64,000 bases of DNA from Candidatus Omnitrophota bacterium (GTDB lineage Bacteria > Omnitrophota > Gorgyraeia > JAFGHF01): assembly GCA_020341815.1 (NCBI GenBank), contig CP070837.1, forward strand, positions 1,236,575-1,300,574, read 5' to 3'. The position numbers were made by a program, and so were the translations under genes. The notes below the pieces were generated by a model. The model worked only from the letters and a program-made list of their open reading frames with translations, did no database searches and had not been told where the DNA came from. How positions within the stretch are numbered: the stretch's first letter is position 1; the number at the start of each line of letters is the position of its first letter. Positions 45,001 to 54,000 of the stretch are shown piece after piece.

Positions 45001-48000
45001 AAAATTAGAAAGCGCATATTTATATATAACCTTCTGCAAATAATTCATGATTGCATTTTGCATCATCATGAACGTTATGCAGGAGAAGGTTATCCTGCAG
45101 GAGGAAAAAGAGGTAAGGGCATTCCTTTGGCAGCACGAATTATAGCAGTTATAGATCACTTTCATACCTTAATTTCATTAAGGCCATTTAAGCAAGCATT
45201 ATCTTTGGAAGAAGCATTAGAAAAATTAAGGGAGGAAAAAGGTAAGAAGCTGGATCCGGATATAGTAGACCGTTTTATAGAAATTATTAAACAGACTGGA
45301 ATAATTGATTGCTGGGATACGGATATGTGGTGGAGGCCTCGCAGAAATACTAAAAGACATTCTTTAACAAAACTTTTCCATCCTGCGCATTTCCTAATGG
45401 ATGGCACTTCTGCTTCTCTTGTTTCCGCCTCGCCGGTATCTCATGATGTATATGCTGCGGCGGTACATATCCTTGGTTTAAACATAGGGGAGTTAACCAA
45501 AGAGACAGCATGCGAATTTCTTCTCAAATTTTTCCAAACAGAAGATGGAAACATTAGAGAAATAAGAGGTATTCTAAGTTTTAGGGATAAGGATAGCAAA
45601 GAAATAGAAATTACAGATCTAATAAAAGCTATAGAACAGACAGGCCTTGATTCTTTCTATCGTCTTCTGGTTAGGGATCTTGCTGCCATTACCGTGATTA
45701 ACAGTAGTGATAAACAAATAGAATTTTACAGGAAGTATGTCGTTCTGCTGAAATATTGGGAGACATCCTCAAAGGAGGATATAAAGAATGAATGTAAACA
45801 ATGTATGGATGAGATATGTAGGTATTATTTATCTAAAGAGGTACAAAGGCGAAGTGAGAAATTTAAATATGAACATTTTTCCTATCGTGTTCCAATTAAG
45901 GATGACTTGATAACACAGCTTTATGAGTCTTACGATGTTTTAGACGATTTAGTGAAGATGTTGTTTTTAGAGTATATTAAACGCACAAAGGAGTTTCCTC
46001 ATTTTGAGACACTTAGTGAAGAAGATATTAAAAACAAAACTTTAGTTATACTATTTTATCCTTGCGAAGAGAGAGAGCTAAATAGAGGAATTTTACCTCC
46101 CAATATTTTTTCTCTCGCTAACAGTATGGTGGCAGAAGATATCAATGTAGTTTTAGCGCCTATGCCGACCAGACTTGCAGAGAAAAACTTTGCCTATAGG
46201 TATTTAAATACAATAAATGCCTATTTAGATCTAAGAGATGTATATAGTGGCCATCCGGTTATGTATGCATGGATGAATATGCTTGTCGGCAGGTATATGC
46301 GAATTTTTAAACAGTTAGGTATGGAAGAAAAAGAAATCCGTATAAAGTTTAATTTTGGTGTATCAATGTTAGATTCTACTTATCCCGATGGCCTGGCTCT
46401 TAATGAGATGTTAAAGCAAAAATTCCCTGAGTCTAAGGTTTATGTAGGTGGGCCTACTGTATCAGCCGAGCCAGAATTGGCGTTTAAAGAAATGTTTGAA
46501 AAAGTTCCCCATAACCCAAATTTTTTGATAAATGGAGAAGCAGAGATTGTATTCCCCTATGTAGTGAAAACGTTAAATAATTGCAATGGGGCAGAAAAAT
46601 TGGAAGATTCTATTATTCAGAAATTATCCGGATGCCATGGTCTTGCGCTTAAGTTTGGCGGAAAGATATCTACTTTTAGATTTAAAGAAAAAAATATGAT
46701 CAATGAAGAAACGATGAATGGATTACCTTTCTTTCCGGAAATTATCGCTGATGATTCCGCAATTTATTATGTTCCTGAAAGGGGATGCCGACACAATTGT
46801 TTCTTTTGTGCGCGGATCACATCGCATAAAGTGCGTATGTCCAGCGCCGATAAAATATTAAGTGATTTAAGGATGATGGATAGAGCTATAGGAGAGTTTA
46901 GACAGACGCTTTTAAAGCGTATAAAAGATAAAGATATGCTGTGGCTATTTGAATTTCCTTTTAATGTTGAAGATAGAGTTTCGATTTTTGAAATTTCTCT
47001 AGTTTTGTTAAATATATTTGAGAATTTAGGAGAAAAAGGAGAAAACATAATCCCGAATAAGTATACCGAACTAATACAAAAATGGGACAGAGACGGAAAT
47101 ATTGAGAGAATAAAGCTATCTTACAAAAGAGCCGGTGATGATATATTTGAAAAATTACAAATTATTATAAATGAAACAGCCGTAAACTTTAGTATGCATG
47201 AGAAGGTGCATATTGATATTGATGATAATAGTTTTTTGCATGATAAGTTTATAGCGATAAAGGTGCTTAAGGATTTAATAGATAAACCTTTACAGCATAT
47301 CCGGGTTAAAAGATTCCAGGCTCATGTAAAAGATTTTAATACACCAACGGGAGAGCCCGATGAAGAAATTGCTGATGTTATAAGAGAAGTTCTTAATGAA
47401 GAGGATGAAGGAGTAATTTTGGGTCTAGAAAGTGGAAGCAACAGGGCTTTAGCCGATTGGTGCAAAGATTTTGATTGGGAATACGCCCGGCAGCGTATTT
47501 CCTGGCTCGATAAGAAAGTCAAGGTTTTTATAAATCTGATTATTTCAAGACTTGAAAGCAATCCTCAGGAAATTATTGAATCTCTAGGCAACATTGCATT
47601 ATTACTTTTAGATACAGAAAATGTAAAGATAACATATGTATCTTTTCTTATGCCTCTTCGTGGCTCATCAGCAGGTAAAAGATTTAACGAAAATAAGCAT
47701 AAAGGAATTAAACCTTTTAGATTTATGGATCGTTATTTAGAGAAACAAATATATTTCTATGAGTTTCCCGATGATGAGGTAGTGAGAAATGTTCTTCCAA
47801 GCAATTATGAAGATTTAGCTAATTGCATGTATTATATAAAAAGCAAGAAAGAAATCATAGCGACCTTTAAGAAAGTTATGACACTTTTAATGGAGGAAGC
47901 TAAGTTAACTCATCACAAGGATCTACGAAAGATAGAGAAGATATATTTTAAGAAGATACAGAGGCTTGAGCAATATTTAGCTAGCAGCCCTGTAGAGATT

Positions 48001-51000
48001 ATAGAGGAATGTCTTGTTAGTTCTGAAAACAGTTCGCCGGTGGATTCAAATAAAGAAAGTAAATTAGGCCTCGAAGTGCCTATTTTTGTGTATGGTATCT
48101 TGGATGGTGCTTTATCTATTGGAAACGTAGAACGATATTGTGATAAGTTGAAAATATTGTTAAAAGAAGATGAACGTATTGTTGAGGTGAAATTTGGCTA
48201 TGATGTGAATGACTACAAGTTTTCAAATTTTATAAAATTTTTCAAGGAGGCACAATCTCTTTCTCCGGAAGGCGCAATAATTTCTATTATGGGTAGGTGG
48301 TATGAACATTGCGTAAAAACTGCCTGTCAAAATGCAGCGGAATTGGCAGAGGATTCAAATTTCCCTATATTTATCATTCTTATTGAAACATATATAGAGA
48401 CTATGTTATCTCGATATTCATTGGCACAAAATAGAATAAAAAAGGGTTTAATTGAGATTGATAAAACTAAAGGAATAAATTTTATTGTTTTTGTTAATGA
48501 CGAAGTAAAAGAATGCAATCCACATATATATAAAGATAAAAACCCCATAATTATAGATATTTATTCAAACGAAAAACAATTTTCTTTGCATGATTTCCTT
48601 ATGAGAATTAAGGCATGGCGCGAGAAAGATCTTTATTGGCTAAGGCAAGAAAAAAAGCCTGAGTTTTTATCCGATGAGACGACCAAAGAATCTATTGAAA
48701 GTGCTGAATTTAATGCATTAGTTAAAGACCCTTTTATTTCCAAAACAAAATCAAACTTTAAAGGTAACTTATCTGTTTTTAAGCAGATGTGCGCGAAGGC
48801 TTTAGTAGAAAGGATAAAAATAGTTTTAAGGGGTGTGCCTTTAGAAAAACTGCCTAATTTTACTCTGGATGATTTATACGAGGAATTAAAAGAAATATAT
48901 AACTCAAATACAGATAAAGCAAATAATCGAAAGAAAAAAAATTCTTTCATTATACGCATAGAGAACATGCTGAAATTAGCCGATCCACCCGATACTTCCT
49001 GGATAAAAATAAAAAAAGAAATTATGCTAGAAAAAGCAAGACAATTATATCCTCCTGTTCGACAAAACAGGGAAATTATCAAACAATTAAATGACTTATT
49101 GCCTTATATAAAATATAAGAATGAAGGAGCAACTTTTAGGAAGATACTAAAAATAAGAGTAAAGGAATTGTTAAAAAATAACCCCTATATGCTCGAAAAT
49201 AAAATAAGAGCTCAAATAACAGAAGATTTATCTCTTCCGGAAAGGATTAGCCAGCAGAGATTTTATGAATGGTTAATACCGTTGGGCGGTCTTAAGCAAT
49301 TGCGCGCTGAGGCATTATATGAAATATTGGAAGAAATAACTGCAAAAAGACAAGAACAAGAAGCCTTTAGTCTGGATAGATTTTTTTATATATTTGCTGG
49401 ATTGGGATTGTTTGGCGAATATCATATAACTAAAAAAAATTTTCTTAAAAAGATAAATAATTTATTAATCAGATTAAATACATCTTTTGAAGAAACAGTA
49501 GGAAAAAATAATGTTTCCAACTCACCGATTGGAAAAGAGGTAGGGCCCGGGATTTCTTCACCGGTCAATAGAGCTGAAATTAAAAAGTTCCGGATAAGAA
49601 AAAGGCAGAGAAGAGCATTCCTGCATAACTTAGTTAAGAAGTTTCCTTGTCTTAAAGTTATATATTTGCTTGAAGATGAGAGGAAAGCCTTAGAGGTAAC
49701 AATAGATAGTTTCTTGAAGAAAATAGATATCTATCTATCAAAGCTCGAAAGCAATTTTAATAATTATAAAGTTGGGAAGGGAGAAGACAAGGAAAACAGT
49801 AAAGAATTAGTTAGGAATAACATTAAATCAATACTTGATAGTATAGACGATCATTTTGCCGATTGCCGGATTATAGAAGGTGTAGTTTTTACAACATTAG
49901 GCCATTTTTTAGCAAATAGTTTAATTGCTTTATCCGGAGCTTTGCATCTTAATGAAGAAGAAAAACAATTTTATCAGGATTTTACACAGATAATCTCACA
50001 ATTAAAATTATTAAAATCTGCTTCAGTAATTCTTGTAAAAGAATTTGGAACTATAAGACATATTGAATTAGATGCTACTGTTTCAGTTGATTCCTGCGGG
50101 AAAAGGATAGAAATACCGGGTGCCTATTCCAGCTTCACCACATATATCAGGCAACTTCCTTCTAAGTTTCTTCTGCGTAATATTTCTCCTAATCTTACTG
50201 TTAGAGCACTGGGGCAGTTGGGAAATATCTATTTAAATCCGCTGGAAAAGGATAAATTAACTCAATTTGCAGAAGATATGCGAGCTATTATAATTTGTAT
50301 TTATGAAAACTTAGCTTTAATCCATGCTCCCCCCGTGAAGAAGTCTAATGCCGAAACCTTCCCTATAATTTTCTGCAACCCAAGAAAATCCCCATCTTAC
50401 AATAAGAACCTTTCACTAAAATCAGCCAAGCAAGACCTGCCGTTGCTAAAAGCCGCCTTCTATCTACTTTCTCACAGAGATAAGTCTTATTTGAATTTTG
50501 GTTTGAAGACCATACTTGAGGCTCTGGAAGCTTACCGCTCAGAATCAACACAAGAAGACAGAATGCGCAGGCTGGTTAAGGTGCTTAAGGCCCGCACGGG
50601 TGGCAATATTCAAGCCGCCGCCTCGCCGGTTAATTTTGACTGCCAAAGTAGCAAAAATAGAACCGTCCCCTTTTCCTTGCAAGGGACTTGTGGTGAGCGA
50701 GCGAAAGTGAGTCGAACCACCGCCTCGCCGGTTTCTCCATTGACATTTAGTTCTAAAAAACAACTATTAACTACATACATGATGCTTTTATCTAGGCAAA
50801 TGGCTTTTAATCATTCCAAATCAGAATTATCACAACTAAAAGAGATTTGGAAAAAGTTCTTTAATAACTTAATAGTCAATATAAATAAACAAATTTTCAA
50901 TAAAGCATTTATACCTACTAAGCAATTTCTTGATAAATGCATCAAAATAGAATCCATCGATAGTTTAATAACTATGTTCTGTAATCGCCAATTAGTGCCT

Positions 51001-54000
51001 TTTCATGGTAAATACGCTTCCCATTATAGCTATGTAGATAATATTTTAGAGAAAATAAAAACAGCAAATAATTTTTCCGATACCTGTAAGATTATGTTTA
51101 TGTTTTCAGATAACCCAGAACATATCAGTTGCGTCTATATCGATTTTATCGAAATTAATTATTACTTTATGGAAATATTGACTGATGATGAATGGGCTGC
51201 GATTTGCACCCATGAATTAGCACATAAAAAGAAAAATCATTTTGAACAATTGTTAAAACTTAAATGTACACATAAAGGCGCTCTTACTAGAAATAGTGAA
51301 ACATGGAAGAATTTTATAAGAAAGATACAGATTGAAGCCGATAAATTTGGTTTGGAGTATGCAATAAAAGCAGGATATAGGCCTGAAGGAGCAGTTACTC
51401 TGTTAAAGAGAGACCTCGAATATTATCTAAGAAAAGAGGAATATCCCCAGTGGTTAATGAAAGATAGCATAGAGATAGAGTCTATACGTGTATTAAAAGA
51501 TAGAATCGAAGCTCTAAAGAAGCACCCTTCGTTATCTCATCTTGCCGCCTCGCCCGCCACAAAGCTTGGCGAGACTTCGTTGCTTCGCTCCAGCTTGCCG
51601 GTGGATTTAGTTAGCCGGTTCCCTTTGATGTTAATGAGACTGGAAGGATATGACTTCTTTTTGTTCATCAAAGGTAATTTTGAAGCGCGGAAAGATATCC
51701 ATCCTGCCCAAAAGGAGAGGTACTTCTTCTATAAGTGCCCAGGCAATGCGTATTTTAAGCCTGTATTTGCCAATAGTCAGATAAGCGGTTTTGAGGATGT
51801 AAGCAACCCCTCCTCCGGAAACACCTCTAATTTCATAAATTTTGTCAGAAGGAGTTTGCTTAAACCCCAGAGCCCTGCCCAGATTAAGGGGCAGCATAGT
51901 GATGTCTGCTCCAGAGTCAATATACATAGGAGTTTCTATTTTCTTTTGATTAACTTCAAGAATTACTGTGGCAATTGGGCGGAGGATTTTGCCCCAGTGC
52001 AAGGATGGCTGGCGTTCGTATTTAAAACGGATCATCTTTCGGTTATTAGAACGAGTAATCGTTGGTCAGGGACCTTGGCTACAAAGGGAATCTTATGGGG
52101 GTATTTTCTTCTTGCCGCCTTAAGCATTTCTTCAATATTGGTCCCCGTAGCCACAGGATTGCCCTCAATTATAACTACATATTGGTTAATAAGCTTATCT
52201 TTATTTAGCTTAATATATGCTTGTAAATTCTTATCCATTCTCTCTTTCTCCAAGAGCAAATATAACACACCGCCGACATTAAGTCAACAGAGAATTTTTT
52301 CAACTTTGTTAAGACCGGCAGGCAGGCATCGTTCATCGGTTGAAGATAAAATACTATCGACCAACGACCAACGACCATCGACTATCGAATCTGCCGTTTA
52401 CGCTGAGCAAGGCCGAAGTGCCTCGCCGGTGAAGGATGACCGGAACAAGATCGGCTATAGCCTTTATGATCGGGAGCTGCGCAGGTTGTATTTAAACCGC
52501 GGTTGCAGTTATATTAGTCCTAAGGACATTAGAGAGGAAAAGAATTTTTATGAAAAATGGAGAGAAAGCCAAAAAGTACCACGGATTGAAGACAATCAAA
52601 AACTCAGCTTAGTAAAGAGTACCTTGCTTCCAAGAGAATTAGGGGAATGGACTTTAGAGTTTCCCATTGGAACTCTTGACAGTTTTTCTGTAATTATTAG
52701 AGCATTTGGAGGAAATGTTGTAGCTGTTGTGGAAGATGAAAAAAGAAGAAAAACTTTAATAAAATACAATGAGAAATACGATAAGTCGATTGCGAAGTTA
52801 AAAGGAGGAGTTTTATACGATGTCCTTATAGGCCGAATTGATTCAGCGGAAATTGAACAAACTTTAAAAAAGATTATTCAAAAACAAGGTAAGTTCAAAA
52901 ATATAATTAATTTTGGGAGAAATTCAATAAATAGAGCTTTTGCTAATTGCGCAGATTTTAAATCATCTGGAGGATTCTATTGGTTTGATGTGCAATTTAA
53001 TCTGAAAAATTTTGAACTGGATTGCAGTAATAAATGGATAAGATTTATATTGAGATGGATATTCTGGAGGCATGGTTTCGGAGTTAAAGAACTTATTAAT
53101 TTGCCCAGTCCCAACATGCCTGATTTTCTGTATAAAGCCTGTCTTATTAGATTGAAGGATGATAAACCTAGTAAGACTGCAATAATTTCTTCTCCTGCAA
53201 GCAACCGAAAAGAAATTGATCCTTTGATTCAAGATTTAAGAGGTGACAGAAAAAATGATGGTTCTATTGCTCTCGCCTCGCCGGTGAGGATGAAAAATGA
53301 CTCTGGCCCCATTTTTACTACTTCCTCGCCTGTGAAACTAAGAAATCTTATTATAGGGATAATTGAGGCATCAAAAAAAAATAACAACGAAGACATATCG
53401 CATTATCGCAAGCTTATTTTAAAAGAAGCAAAAAGCAGACCTGCTGAGGTTTGCAATTTATTACGTACGGGCTTAGGGAGGCCAGAGATCGATAAAATCT
53501 ATTTAACAATAGCTGAATATTTTCGGCGTGATTATGAAGTCATCGGCTCTTTAGTAAAAACATTCGAAGGGGATAATAAAGATTCAATAGCATTCCTCTC
53601 CGCTCAAAAAATCCTTTTAGAAATAGCAGATTTTTCTATTAAAGGTTCTTTTGGCAGGGTTTTTATCGCAATTAGAAAAAGCTTACTTAAAAAATCATCA
53701 TCTCAGCTGGCTAGAGAATTTGTTTATGCGATGATAGAAAGAAAACATGGCAAATTAGTAAGAAGAATGATACCCATTTTTGGCGGTTCAGCTAAAACCA
53801 GAATTATTTTTGAAGATATCTTTTGGGAAAAATTCGAATTATGCGTTTTTCCTTTAGCATCTGCCTTGGGCGATAAAGTTAAAGATACCAGAAGATGCGT
53901 TAAAAATTTCTTTTTAAAGAAAGGAAAAGAATCAAGAGAATCGTATAAACTAATTAAATCGGAGCTGAATAAGGTTCAAAGGAGGTTTGGAAGATTTCCC

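Noticed and set aside
229-49082. Dozens of 60-250-aa minus-strand ORFs inside the giant gene (e.g. 229-501, 1407-1685, 3186-3740, 12084-12584, 28305-29048, 35163-35549, 48633-49082)
   Set aside because: Their translations are low-complexity, rich in S/L/F/I, and lack start context or recognisable motifs. They are shadow ORFs of the long sense frame. Only the two protease-containing antisense loci show real domain signatures.
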